Shown: piece by piece, positions 53,507 to 63,721 of the stretch
Layout of the letters: the number at the start of each line of letters is the position of its first letter
Numbering within the stretch: position 1 is the first letter of the stretch
IMG/VR virus record: IMGVR_UViG_3300037608_000261
Location: 17,920 to 81,919 of that record
DNA: 64,000 nt
Source: a virus
Lineage: Duplodnaviria; Caudoviricetes
Direction: 5' to 3' (one strand)
Notes under the pieces: model-generated
Seen by the model: the letters and a program-made list of their open reading frames with translations, nothing else
The model's database searches: none
What the model was told of the DNA's origin: nothing
Made by a program: the position numbers and the translations under genes

Positions 53507-55951
53507 ATGAGACCACTTTATTTAAGACTTAAGGGGTTCAAGGGGATTAAAGCAGGAATGAATGTTGAGGAGATAACCATAGACTTCGAAAAGTTACCTC
53601 CTGGAATTATCGCATTTGCCGCAAGGAACGGTGGTGGCAAGACGACAATCCTTGATAACGCCCATTGTTTCAGACTCATGCCGTACCGTATGAACAGCCG
53701 GGAAAGCAATTATAAGCCGTCAGCATTCTCCTATTATGATCAGATTGAAGGCGACGCGGAAAAGGAATTCATCTTCGAGGTCGACGGCGTGAGGTATCGC
53801 AGCCTCATACAGATCAACGCGGAGAGAAAGAAACAAGAGGCGTACCTGTTTACCGAAGTCATGCCTGGAATGTGGAAAGTGATAGAAGAAACGAAAGCGG
53901 GCAAGCTCGACCCTTATGACCAGATCATTGAACAACTCGTCGGTTCTCCCGAATTATTTTTCACTTCCATTTTCCGCGCTCAGAATGCCAAGGCCCTCAG
54001 CGACTACGTTAAGGGCGATATAAAGGATCTTTTTACAGAATTGCTTTGCATCGAAAACCTCAAACTCATCGGAGAAAAAGCACACCGCGTCAAACAGTAC
54101 CTGCAAGACAAAGTCGAAACCCTTATGCTCGAGCGGTCGCGGCTAAAAGCAATAGTAGATGAGGAAGCAACGAAGCGGACAGAGTTTGTCACAGTAACCG
54201 GTAGAATAGAATCTGCAACCAAACAGATAGACGATCTGGATGTTCAACTTTATGACCTCCAAAAGCAGATTAATGAATGCGATATTCAAGTAGGTATGGA
54301 GACAAAACGCCTTGAAGAAAAGGCGAAGATTGATCAAGAACTAAAGGCAAGGGAAGCTGAAAGAGTAGAACTTGAGACTGACCAGAAAGCGAAGGTCCGG
54401 GACACCAACGAGAAGGTAGTGGCATTGACCACAAAAATTAGTGACGCACAGGCTTTGGCCGATAAGAGGCCGACAGTACAGAAATACATTGACGCGAAGG
54501 ATGGTTTTGAAACTTCTTTAGTAACAGCACGGGAAGAAGTGAAAAAGCATGATGCAGAGATAGACCGGATCACCGGAGAAATCGGAAAGATTCAGGAAAC
54601 AGAGACTACGTTGGCAGGTCTTGAGAAGGATCTTCTCAGTATTAAATCAGCCGGGAAAGTGGCGGTTGATAATGCGCAGAGGAAAAGAGACGCGGCAGTA
54701 AAAGAGGGGGACAAACTTGCGAAATCGCCATGCACGTCATGTGCGGCCAAGAAATCGGAAATGGTGTTGTCAAAGGTTTTGGGTGGCCAGGCTCCTTGTG
54801 ACAAATGCAAGTTTGTAAGCGATGCCCTAATAGAGTGGAACAAATTATCGGAATACGAAGCAGTCCTTACTGAAGCGCTTAAGGCGGACCCTCGTGAAAA
54901 CGGGATTACCGCACGTATAGATAACCTGAAGAAGACCATATCAGGGAAGACGATCCTTCAGAAAGAGCTTGCCTGGAAGAGAACAGAAAAAAGCGGTGCA
55001 CAGTCCCGAGTGACCGATCTGGAAACAAAGCTTTCCAACGCGCAAAAGGCACTCGGAATGCTCCCGCGTATAGAGTTGGCAGAGCATCAGTTGCCGGAAT
55101 TGAGGAAGGAGAAAGCCACGGTTGAAGAGGAGAATGTGCAAGCAGAAGAGAAAATGCAGGCAAAGATTGAAGCTCTGGACTTCATCATTACTGAATTGTC
55201 ACTATCATTGATCGAAACTACCGTGACGGGGCCGACATGGGCACAACAAAAAGATGGATGTGTTACCGCTATGGCCGAAATCAAACTGAAGATAGACGAA
55301 ATAAGAACGCAAAGTGAAACGGACAGCAAGGCGGTTGGAGCCATTGAACAATCGTTGAGTGAGATCGGAAAAGCCACAGTGGACCTCGAAGGCATAAGCC
55401 AGAAAATAGAATACCTTAACGACGAAATCTCGCAGTGGGCAACCTTGGAAAAAGCTTTCGGAAACGACGGTATCATCGCCTTAGAGCTGGATGATGCTGG
55501 GCCCCAAGTTGCAACGGTAGCCAACGAGCTTTTAAAGGAATACGGCGGGCGCTTTCAGGTCAGGATAGACACACAAATCGCCAAGGCTGATGGCAAGGGG
55601 AACAAGGAGGTTTTCGATATCTCTGTCTTCGATAACGAGACGAACGAGGTTAAAAGCATCAGAAAAATGTCTGGCGGTGAAAAGACCTGGATTGAGGACA
55701 GCATGACTAAAGCTATTGCACTTTATCTGGCCAGCTCGTCTGGAAGGAGATATGAGGCAACTTTCAGTGATGAGAAAGACGGTGCTCTGGATCCTACGAA
55801 GAAGAAAGAATTTTTCGCGGCCATGAGACGGGCCATGGAGTTGGGCGGGTACCGCAATCTCTTTACCATTACACAAACACCTGAACTTCAGTCCATGGCA
55901 GATGCGGTGATCCGGTTGGAGCGGGGAAAGGTAGAGATCATTATCCAATGA
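53507..55951 (+). CDS. sbcC: SbcC/Rad50-like SMC ATPase
   Basis: ARNGGGKTT, long coiled coil, hook-like CxxC motifs (CTSC, CDKC), MSGGEK, FSDEKDGALD. Confidence 0.92.
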   Translation: MRPLYLRLKGFKGIKAGMNVEEITIDFEKLPPGIIAFAARNGGGKTTILDNAHCFRLMPYRMNSRESNYKPSAFSYYDQIEGDAEKEFIFEVDGVRYRSLIQINAERKKQEAYLFTEVMPGMWKVIEETKAGKLDPYDQIIEQLVGSPELFFTSIFRAQNAKALSDYVKGDIKDLFTELLCIENLKLIGEKAHRVKQYLQDKVETLMLERSRLKAIVDEEATKRTEFVTVTGRIESATKQIDDLDVQLYDLQKQINECDIQVGMETKRLEEKAKIDQELKAREAERVELETDQKAKVRDTNEKVVALTTKISDAQALADKRPTVQKYIDAKDGFETSLVTAREEVKKHDAEIDRITGEIGKIQETETTLAGLEKDLLSIKSAGKVAVDNAQRKRDAAVKEGDKLAKSPCTSCAAKKSEMVLSKVLGGQAPCDKCKFVSDALIEWNKLSEYEAVLTEALKADPRENGITARIDNLKKTISGKTILQKELAWKRTEKSGAQSRVTDLETKLSNAQKALGMLPRIELAEHQLPELRKEKATVEEENVQAEEKMQAKIEALDFIITELSLSLIETTVTGPTWAQQKDGCVTAMAEIKLKIDEIRTQSETDSKAVGAIEQSLSEIGKATVDLEGISQKIEYLNDEISQWATLEKAFGNDGIIALELDDAGPQVATVANELLKEYGGRFQVRIDTQIAKADGKGNKEVFDISVFDNETNEVKSIRKMSGGEKTWIEDSMTKAIALYLASSSGRRYEATFSDEKDGALDPTKKKEFFAAMRRAMELGGYRNLFTITQTPELQSMADAVIRLERGKVEIIIQ

Positions 55952-56226
55952 AGAAGGAACGTAGGTGGAGAATTAGTGTGTATGACGTTGAAGGCTGTAA
56001 CAAGTCTGATGCTCCAAAGATACACCATGCTTGCAAAGCAAAAGGCAGAGCACTGGAGTTATTTGAGAAATATAACCAGGGTATATCGGGACATACATTT
56101 ACCCGAGTCATTATGCATCAAGGCAATTTGAAGGGATGGGTGTTCAAAATATGGCTCGATACCGATTGGTTTAAAAATGTGGGTGGCTACAAGACCCACA
56201 TGGGTAGAGACAACCAAAGCTGTTGA
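55948..56226 (+). CDS. Hypothetical protein
   Basis: 92 aa; ATGA overlap. Confidence 0.6.
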   Translation: MKKERRWRISVYDVEGCNKSDAPKIHHACKAKGRALELFEKYNQGISGHTFTRVIMHQGNLKGWVFKIWLDTDWFKNVGGYKTHMGRDNQSC

Positions 56227-56268
56227 TGGGTGAGACCGAGCAAGCCGGCCACACCGGAGGCACAAAAA

Positions 56269-56296
56269 GACTTGTTGGGGCGGCTCCCAATGAGTC
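56269..56296 (+). other. Intergenic 11-bp stem-loop before the recombination gene
   Basis: GACTTGTTGGG/CCCAATGAGTC with two G-U pairs on the plus strand; no U tract. Confidence 0.45.
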
Positions 56297-56319
56297 TATA
56301 AATAAAAAGGAGGAAAGCC

Positions 56320-57672
56320 ATGGTTAAGGATTATAGAGACGATCTTATAGGGGGACGCGATAATGTTTTGCGCCTGCCTGTCTTAGGAAACATTAGGCCA
56401 GGAATTAAACGGTTAAAAAACGGCTGTAGCGATACCGACAAGACAATATACGAGACGATGGTAAAGGCCGGGGCGATGTGGCATGAGATTGATGTCAAGT
56501 TGGGCACGGATAAGGGCGGGAAAACAAAGCTGATACCAGGGAATGAAACGCACTTTACCGTGAGACCTACTGATTGCCGTACAAACCAAGAAAACGCTCA
56601 AATACTCCACGAGAAGTATGGTGACCCAGTAGACGGTCAGATTAGGCGATTTCCCATAGTCTTCCTATCCAATGAGTGGACAGAAAATTTGCCCCACGAA
56701 CTCATGTGCTGGACAGCGAGAGAACTGAAGTACCGTAGTAAATACAAAGCTTGCATCAGTCAGGAAACCGGAGAATCAGGTTATGAGCGCGTGTGCATTG
56801 CTCCCGTGCCGTACAGGAAAGGTGTGCGCCCCTTTGGTGGTCGAGATTATAGCGAGGTACGCCCATGCAAGCCTCAGACGTGCGACGAGTATCAGAGAGG
56901 CATGTGCAAACTCAGAGGCCACATTCAGGGAATCATACCGGGCACAAAAGGTGCTGGGGTATGGAAGATAGAAACAACCTCTTACTACTCACTTGCTCAG
57001 ATCAGAGAACAAATGGAGATGGTGCAACGCATTACCCACAGGCTCCAGGGACTTATTAATGAGAAAAAGGGAGAGCCCGTGTTCTGGCTCAGAAAAGTTA
57101 CTGATTCCATAAGCCGTGTAGATGTAGAAAAGGGCGAGGCCACAAGAACTGAACAGGACTTGATTTATCTTGAGGCTGATATCGATATGTATGAACTGAT
57201 TACTAACTATCAACCACAAAAAGTCCTCGAACGTGGCCAAAATGCACAGGCCCTTCTGGCGGGTAATCCCGGTACAATAGAACCGAGCACTGACACTGAG
57301 AAGCAGCCCCGAGCCTACAAACTTAAACATTATGACACTACTACTGCTGAGGCTGCGCCCAAAACAGAGACTAAGGCAGAAGGCGAAACCCTCGACAGCT
57401 TCATTCCGGAGATTGAATACCTTGACGATCAGGGGGAGGATACGGGGAAGGACAACGCTGATGATGCATTAGACCCGATCACGGCATCCAGCATTATCCA
57501 CGACCACTACCGTGCCGAGTTGAACCAATGTGGCTCGGTCGCACGATACAAGGAACTGGCCACTGAGTTCAAGGCCATTCCAGACGGGAAAATTATGGCC
57601 GATGACCTCGATGATCTTAAAACACTGTGGCAAGCTACAGCAACAAGACTCAGAGGAGACCTGGCAGCATAA
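56320..57672 (+). CDS. Gp3-like ('recombination directionality factor-like') phage recombination protein
   Basis: 450 aa; LPVLGNIRPG, ETHFTV, CKPQTC...CKLRG, GVWKIETTSYYS. Confidence 0.65.
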   Translation: MVKDYRDDLIGGRDNVLRLPVLGNIRPGIKRLKNGCSDTDKTIYETMVKAGAMWHEIDVKLGTDKGGKTKLIPGNETHFTVRPTDCRTNQENAQILHEKYGDPVDGQIRRFPIVFLSNEWTENLPHELMCWTARELKYRSKYKACISQETGESGYERVCIAPVPYRKGVRPFGGRDYSEVRPCKPQTCDEYQRGMCKLRGHIQGIIPGTKGAGVWKIETTSYYSLAQIREQMEMVQRITHRLQGLINEKKGEPVFWLRKVTDSISRVDVEKGEATRTEQDLIYLEADIDMYELITNYQPQKVLERGQNAQALLAGNPGTIEPSTDTEKQPRAYKLKHYDTTTAEAAPKTETKAEGETLDSFIPEIEYLDDQGEDTGKDNADDALDPITASSIIHDHYRAELNQCGSVARYKELATEFKAIPDGKIMADDLDDLKTLWQATATRLRGDLAA

Positions 57673-57687
57673 AAAAGGGGTTCGAGT

Positions 57688-57954
57688 ATGGCACATGACA
57701 CAATTAACCAGACAGTAAAGCTTGTAGCGTTATGCGACTTTTGCGGAAATTTCTTGTCAATATCTAAGGCAGAGGACCCCACGGCTACCAATGCTGCCAG
57801 GATTCACGTCGAGCCGTGCAAGATATGCCTCGAAGGAGCCAGAGTGGACGGATATCATGAGGCTGAGGACGAACTGAGAAAAAAGGGCAATAAAGAATCT
57901 GATGGCGACCCAGAGACGGTCAACCCGTCTCTACAAAAAAACAGAAAGGAGTGA
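57688..57954 (+). CDS. Small Zn-finger protein
   Basis: CDFC...IHVEPCKIC. Confidence 0.65.
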   Translation: MAHDTINQTVKLVALCDFCGNFLSISKAEDPTATNAARIHVEPCKICLEGARVDGYHEAEDELRKKGNKESDGDPETVNPSLQKNRKE

Positions 57955-58652
57955 GGAACATGGGTAAAATTGGAGCAAAAACAGTAGAAGCAATTGTTGA
58001 AATTTTGGAGCGCAATCTTACCAAGGAATTGCCGGGGCTTAACGAAGGGTATGCACTTTCTGATGCAAAAGAAGGTTTCCCGGTCACGATGAAGAGCATA
58101 ATCAAGAAAGAATTTGACGGCTCCATAAGTACCAAAACAACCATATCATACGTCAAGGAAAAAGTTCAATTGTCGGGGTCTTCGTCGGTCAGGGAAGACG
58201 ATGAATCTGATACTCCTTTGGAAGCCGAAATCCGAAAAAGAACTCAGGAGGGAATGAACAATGTACATTTTATTAGGCCGGTTATAACCACCTGTGAAGA
58301 CTGGTTCAGCGGTTTTGACTGGCTCGTAGGATGGGGCAAAGACGAAGATAAGTATGAAATATACCCCCAAGGGGCTGGACTTATTGAGTATGCAGAATTG
58401 AATAGGATGCGGGATGATTTAGAAGAACGCATGGAAATAGTCACCGAGCTTGTCGAGGCAAGGGATCATGAGATAAAAACTGTGTATAGGAAAATTATGT
58501 ATGGAATAGACGAAGTAGCACCTATCCGTGAAACGGAACAACCGACGCATGAAACAAATGGCCCTTTTCCTGAAACAAAGAAGAACCGCACTGATAAATT
58601 GGCAGATGTTCAAAGAAGAGAGAGGGCCGAGAGTAAGGCGGTCGGGAAATAG
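57951..58652 (+). CDS. Hypothetical protein
   Basis: 233 aa; in operon. Confidence 0.7.
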   Translation: MRNMGKIGAKTVEAIVEILERNLTKELPGLNEGYALSDAKEGFPVTMKSIIKKEFDGSISTKTTISYVKEKVQLSGSSSVREDDESDTPLEAEIRKRTQEGMNNVHFIRPVITTCEDWFSGFDWLVGWGKDEDKYEIYPQGAGLIEYAELNRMRDDLEERMEIVTELVEARDHEIKTVYRKIMYGIDEVAPIRETEQPTHETNGPFPETKKNRTDKLADVQRRERAESKAVGK

Positions 58653-58653
58653 G

Positions 58654-60183
58654 ATGGTGAATACAGCTACAGTGGGGAATATCATTCAAGCTGCTGATCT
58701 CTTTTGCGGAGCTGGGGGAACCTCAACCGGGCTTTACAACGCCTGTCACTCCCTGGGCAAAACGGTGGACCTTTTAGCGGTCAATCATTGGAAAGTAGCC
58801 ATAAAGACACACGCTTTAAATCATCCCGGCGCCCGGCACATCTGCGCTATGCTGGAGGCAATAAGGCCTGAAGATGCAGTCCCGTCGGGAAAGCTTGATA
58901 TCCTTGTAGCCTCTCCTGAATGTACTCACCACAGTATAGCAAGGGGAGGTCGTCCGGTGTCCGATCAGATGAGGGCTTCAGCCTGGCTGATACTGAGATG
59001 GATCGAGGCGCTGAGGATTGAGAACATACTTATAGAGAATGTCCGGGAGTTTCGTGATTGGGGACCTACCGGGGTAACCGGTAAACCATTGAAAGATAGA
59101 AAGGGAGAAACATACAGGGCCTTCCTGAACGCCCTCCGGTCTTTTGGCTACAACGTGGAGGACCGAATCCTGAACGCCGCTGATTATGGCGATGCTACGG
59201 CAAGACGTAGGCTTTTTATAATGGCGAGGAAAGGCAACAAAAAAATCCTGTGGCCGGAAAGCACCCACGGAGAGCCGGGCAGATTGGGCAACCTTAAACC
59301 ATATAAAACGGCAAGGGATATAATCGACTGGACTGTGAAGGGGAAAAGTATCTTTAATCGTAAGAAGCCACTCGCGCCTGCAACGTTGGCAAGGATTGCT
59401 GCAGGTCTTAAAAAGTTCGGTGGGAAAAACGCCCAACCGTTTCTTGTAATGCTATATGGCACTGGCAATACACGATCAGTAGACCGGCCTTTGCCCACAG
59501 TTACAGCAAGCGGACAGCACATCGGATTAGCTGAGCCTTTCCTGATTAAATATCATGGCAGCCATAAGGGAAAAAGCGACGGCGAAAACAGGTCGCATGA
59601 TCTTGACCGGCCTATTCCTACCCTCGATACGTCTAATAGATTCGCTCTTGTGGAACCGTTCCTGTGCCAGGTAAATCATACCGGAAATGGTTATGCCCTT
59701 ATAGAGCCCTTTATTGCAATCCTCAAGGGTCAGAGTAAAGTCCGCAGTTGCGACGAACCCTTGCCTACCATCACAACAAACCCGCACCTTTATTTATGTG
59801 AACCATTTCTGGCAATAATAAAGGGCAAAAGTACGGCAAGAGAGTGTGATAAGCCTCTACCGGCGATCACTACAAAGTCATACCTCGGCCTTGTGGAGCC
59901 GTTCCTTGTTAAGTATTACGGACGGAGCAAAATACAGAGTGTAGATGAACCGCTCGATACAATCACAACCAAGGACCGCTTTGGCCTTGTTGAGGCATCC
60001 GGTAAATACCAGATTGATATCCGATTTCGAATGCTGAAGCCACACGAACTTGCAGCGGCCATGTCGTTGCACAATTACCAGTTGACCGGCACGATAGCAG
60101 ACCAGGTGAAACAGGTGGGCAACGCAGTACCGGCAGAGATGGCAGAGGCATTGTGTAGAGCGATGCTGGTGGGGGAAAGATGA
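58654..60183 (+). CDS. C5-cytosine DNA methyltransferase
   Basis: DLFCGAGG, ASPECTHHS, IENVREF, RRRLF, QVGNAVP; ATG at 58654. Confidence 0.92.
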   Translation: MVNTATVGNIIQAADLFCGAGGTSTGLYNACHSLGKTVDLLAVNHWKVAIKTHALNHPGARHICAMLEAIRPEDAVPSGKLDILVASPECTHHSIARGGRPVSDQMRASAWLILRWIEALRIENILIENVREFRDWGPTGVTGKPLKDRKGETYRAFLNALRSFGYNVEDRILNAADYGDATARRRLFIMARKGNKKILWPESTHGEPGRLGNLKPYKTARDIIDWTVKGKSIFNRKKPLAPATLARIAAGLKKFGGKNAQPFLVMLYGTGNTRSVDRPLPTVTASGQHIGLAEPFLIKYHGSHKGKSDGENRSHDLDRPIPTLDTSNRFALVEPFLCQVNHTGNGYALIEPFIAILKGQSKVRSCDEPLPTITTNPHLYLCEPFLAIIKGKSTARECDKPLPAITTKSYLGLVEPFLVKYYGRSKIQSVDEPLDTITTKDRFGLVEASGKYQIDIRFRMLKPHELAAAMSLHNYQLTGTIADQVKQVGNAVPAEMAEALCRAMLVGER

Positions 60184-61388
60184 ATCAACATCAAATTGAA
60201 TTATTCCAGTCTCATGAAACAGCGCCTTTACAAAAATACATATTACGTCCTTATCAGCAAGAAGCAGTTGATATCGCCGTAAAGTTTTTTAAGAGTAAAG
60301 CTAAATATAACACCATTGAGGTGCTGCCTACCGGATCAGGCAAGAGTTTGATTATTGCCAACATAGTGAAAGCCCTTGGAGAGCCTACACTTATTTTTCA
60401 ACCGTCAAAAGAGATTCTTGAACAGAATTTTTCAAAGCTGATTTCATACGGTTATTTTGCAACAATTTATTCAGCGTCAAAGGGACAGAAGAAAATTTCA
60501 GATATTACTTTTGCCACTATCGGCAGCGTCACAAATAAGGCCGAACTATTTAAAGAGTTTAAATATATCATAGTCGATGAATGCCATTTTGTAAACTCCA
60601 AGGGTGGTATGTATTCTCAATTTTTCTCTCAGATCAAAAATGTAAAAATCCTTGGATTAACAGCAACTCCTTACCGTCTTGTAACCGATGGTTTCGGTGG
60701 TTCAATTCTGAAATTCCTTACCAGAACAAGGCCTCGGATATTCAAGGAAGTAATTTATTTTGTTCAGAACAAACAGCTTTTTGATGCGGGCTATCTTGCG
60801 AAGTTGAATTACGCGCCTACTAATGGGTTTAACCGTAATCAGCTAAAATTAAACACAACTGGGGCAGATTTTACCGATAATTCAGTTAGACAATATTACC
60901 ACTCATCAAGGTTTCCTGACCACGTTGTCAAGGTAGTAAAAGAACAAACAAAAACAAGGCGTAATGCATTGGTCTTCACAAGATTTGTAGAAGAAGCCAA
61001 ATATGTCGTCAAAAGTGTAGATGGCGCCGCTATAGTCACGGGTGAAACCCAAAAGAAAGAACGAGAGAACGTTATTGAAGGATTCAAGCATGGGGATATA
61101 AAGACCATCTGCAATGTTGGCGTACTTTCTGGCGGTTTTGATTACCCTGAGCTTGAGACAATTATTATTGCCCGGCCAACGATGAGTCTTGCCCTGTATT
61201 ATCAAATGATAGGTAGAGGCATAAGGCCACACCCAGACAAAGAATATACACAAGTAATTGATATGTGTAACAACTCAGCACTCTTTGGCAGGGTTGAAGA
61301 CTTACAAATTGTCGATGGTGGCAATGGCAAATGGTTTGTTTCCAGTAAGGGCAAACAACTCACTAATATTTATTATGGTGGAAGATAG
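60180..61388 (+). CDS. SF2 DEAD/DEAH-box helicase
   Basis: LRPYQ, LPTGSGKS, IVDECH, LTATP, YQMIGRGIR. Confidence 0.92.
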   Translation: MNQHQIELFQSHETAPLQKYILRPYQQEAVDIAVKFFKSKAKYNTIEVLPTGSGKSLIIANIVKALGEPTLIFQPSKEILEQNFSKLISYGYFATIYSASKGQKKISDITFATIGSVTNKAELFKEFKYIIVDECHFVNSKGGMYSQFFSQIKNVKILGLTATPYRLVTDGFGGSILKFLTRTRPRIFKEVIYFVQNKQLFDAGYLAKLNYAPTNGFNRNQLKLNTTGADFTDNSVRQYYHSSRFPDHVVKVVKEQTKTRRNALVFTRFVEEAKYVVKSVDGAAIVTGETQKKERENVIEGFKHGDIKTICNVGVLSGGFDYPELETIIIARPTMSLALYYQMIGRGIRPHPDKEYTQVIDMCNNSALFGRVEDLQIVDGGNGKWFVSSKGKQLTNIYYGGR

Positions 61389-61411
61389 ACCTGGAAAGAT
61401 GGAGGTGTGAT

Positions 61412-61930
61412 ATGTGGAATTCATATGCAAAGTTACCAAGATTAAAAAAAGCCCTGCAATCCAGGGAAATAGACCCGGAGAAAATGTCCATTGCTCAATT
61501 ACTCCATACCCTCGAAAAAAGAGGTATGACGGACCATACAATGAACAACATAGTATGGACACTAATAAGCCATTTGGAACCCCCTGGTTGCAGAATGTCC
61601 CACTGCGAGCATTATGGCAACTCCGGAGCACCCTGTAACTGCAGTCTTGAGCGGATTCCCGGAAGATGCAAAGACTATCGGGAATATCTGAAGCGCCGTG
61701 AGGAAAGGGCTGCCAAAATAAGGCCTGTTAACGATGAAGAGTATTCATCTTATTTATCGCTGCTTCGATCCACAAAAGGCATGTACAAATACCCCACAGA
61801 AGAAGAAATAACGGCCATGGCCATTCCCAGGGAAAAACTTGCAGTGATCGGACCAGGAACATCTCTTTGTGAATTCGGAGAAATGCCGGATGAGGCGGAA
61901 GAAAAGAAAGGGGTGGCGAATGCCGATTGA
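61412..61930 (+). CDS. Hypothetical protein with Cys cluster
   Basis: 172 aa; RBS GGAGG. Confidence 0.65.
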   Translation: MWNSYAKLPRLKKALQSREIDPEKMSIAQLLHTLEKRGMTDHTMNNIVWTLISHLEPPGCRMSHCEHYGNSGAPCNCSLERIPGRCKDYREYLKRREERAAKIRPVNDEEYSSYLSLLRSTKGMYKYPTEEEITAMAIPREKLAVIGPGTSLCEFGEMPDEAEEKKGVANAD

Positions 61931-62732
61931 GACGAAGAAGACGGGTACAAAAGAGTGGGCCCCACATTCCATGAATATCTTCACTGGCTGTAGCCATAAC
62001 TGCCGATACTGTTATGCCCGGCATGACGCTTTGAGATATAAGAGAATCGCGGATCCCGAGAAATGGACTACCATGGAACCGAACCACAAGGCATATTTGA
62101 AGAAGGCTAAGAAAATAGACGGTAGAATTATGTTTCCAACAACCCACGATCTGCTTCCCGAACACAAATGGTATATACGGGATTATCTTGAACCATGGCT
62201 CGAAGAAGGGAATGATTTTCTACTCGTTACCAAACCGCACCTTGAGGTAGTCAAATTCCTCTGCGAAGAGTTTGTGGCCTACCGGAAGCAAATCACTTGG
62301 AGATTTACAATAGGCTCTATGGACGATGAGATATTGCGGTTTTGGGAGCCCGGTGCGCCCTCCTTTATATATCGTCTGAGTGCCTTGCAAACCGCATATT
62401 CTCGTGGATATTCGACCTCAGTTTCTTGTGAACCGTTTCTCGACAGAAAGGTCAAAGAACTGTTTTTGACGCTCAGGTCGGCCATCACCGACACCTTTTG
62501 GGTAGGCAAAATGAACCGCATCAGCACCCGAGTGGATGTATCGAAGATCGAGAATAAAGATTTTTTCCGCTATGTCGAACCCCTTATAAACCCGATCAAG
62601 GAAGGGATTTATAGTGATCATTTCATCAAGAATGAACTATACGGAGATCTCGCCTTCCGGTATGACGAGAAGGTGAGGTGGAAGGATTCGATCAAGAAGG
62701 TCTTGGGATTGCCGGAAGAGGATATAGGATGA
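61920..62732 (+). CDS. Radical-SAM-like protein (DUF5131/Gp37Gp68-like)
   Basis: GCSHNCRYCYA (CxxxCxxC); SVSCEPFL. Confidence 0.75.
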   Translation: MPIETKKTGTKEWAPHSMNIFTGCSHNCRYCYARHDALRYKRIADPEKWTTMEPNHKAYLKKAKKIDGRIMFPTTHDLLPEHKWYIRDYLEPWLEEGNDFLLVTKPHLEVVKFLCEEFVAYRKQITWRFTIGSMDDEILRFWEPGAPSFIYRLSALQTAYSRGYSTSVSCEPFLDRKVKELFLTLRSAITDTFWVGKMNRISTRVDVSKIENKDFFRYVEPLINPIKEGIYSDHFIKNELYGDLAFRYDEKVRWKDSIKKVLGLPEEDIG

Positions 62733-63124
62733 GTGCCGGGACTGATTTCACCTATGCTCTTTCCATCCATCAACCTTGGGCCTGGCTAATCGTAGCCGGA
62801 CACAAGGATATCGAAAACAGGTCTTGGCCTATCTACAAACAGGAAACGCTTCTGATCCATGCAGCGAAGAAAATCGACCTTGAAGAGTTGAATTGGGTCC
62901 GGCTGCATTTTCCCAAGATAAGTTTACCTGAGCATTTTACAACCGGTGCCATAATCGGGCAGGCGGAAGTGGTAGGTTGCGTGGAAAGTCACGAGTCAGA
63001 GTGGTTTACCGGACCTTATGGGTTCGTGCTGAGGAATCCAATTAAGTATCCGAAACCTATTCCATACAGGGGTGCGTTGGGATTGTTTGAGGTGCCTGAT
63101 TATGTACTGAAGGGTGCGGTATGA
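62729..63124 (+). CDS. ASCH-domain protein
   Basis: ALSIHQPWAWLIVAGHKDIENRSW. Confidence 0.9.
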   Translation: MSAGTDFTYALSIHQPWAWLIVAGHKDIENRSWPIYKQETLLIHAAKKIDLEELNWVRLHFPKISLPEHFTTGAIIGQAEVVGCVESHESEWFTGPYGFVLRNPIKYPKPIPYRGALGLFEVPDYVLKGAV

Positions 63125-63633
63125 TCGTTTTTGCCATGCATGAATTGCCAAGTATTGTTGCACAAGAGATGTACCGCAGGGCAAAACATAGTTTTTTCAG
63201 CGGCACTGACACACCCGATGACAAGAAGTTGATTAACCATTGTACTGCGCAGCACAGCGCCACGGGAACCATTATTATCTTTACGAGAGATATCGGTTAT
63301 CACACAAGTGGATGGTGGAAAAACCCCGACTATGAGCGGTGCTGGCATCTTTCCCTTTCATTCCGTGAACCCCTGAGTGGTAGCATTCTGCCAAAGGATG
63401 AGCAAATCAGCAAGTTATGGTTGGACGCCTTCTTTTCCCTTGAGGATCAAAAGAAAATATGGGTTGAGCCTCCACACTATTCAAATGGTAAGACCAACGA
63501 CGTATGGCATTACCGACTCTTCTGCGATAAACATTGGTTGCCGTTGTTGCCGAGAAAAGAGGTCTATACAACGGAATTTACGGAGAAGGGTTGGAAGAGT
63601 TTTTCTGAGGTTCAGGCAAGCGTGAAGGGATGA
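63121..63633 (+). CDS. Hypothetical protein
   Basis: 170 aa; ATGA overlap. Confidence 0.7.
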   Translation: MIVFAMHELPSIVAQEMYRRAKHSFFSGTDTPDDKKLINHCTAQHSATGTIIIFTRDIGYHTSGWWKNPDYERCWHLSLSFREPLSGSILPKDEQISKLWLDAFFSLEDQKKIWVEPPHYSNGKTNDVWHYRLFCDKHWLPLLPRKEVYTTEFTEKGWKSFSEVQASVKG

Positions 63634-63678
63634 AAGGAAGGGAGAAAATAAACCCGATGCCAATACCACCACAATGGT

Positions 63679-63716
63679 GCCAGAGCCTTAATTTGAGGCC
63701 AGAGCCTTAATTTGAG
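63679..63716. repeat. Perfect 19-bp tandem duplication upstream of the xis-like gene
   Basis: GCCAGAGCCTTAATTTGAG twice. Confidence 0.9.
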
Positions 63717-63721
63717 GAAGA

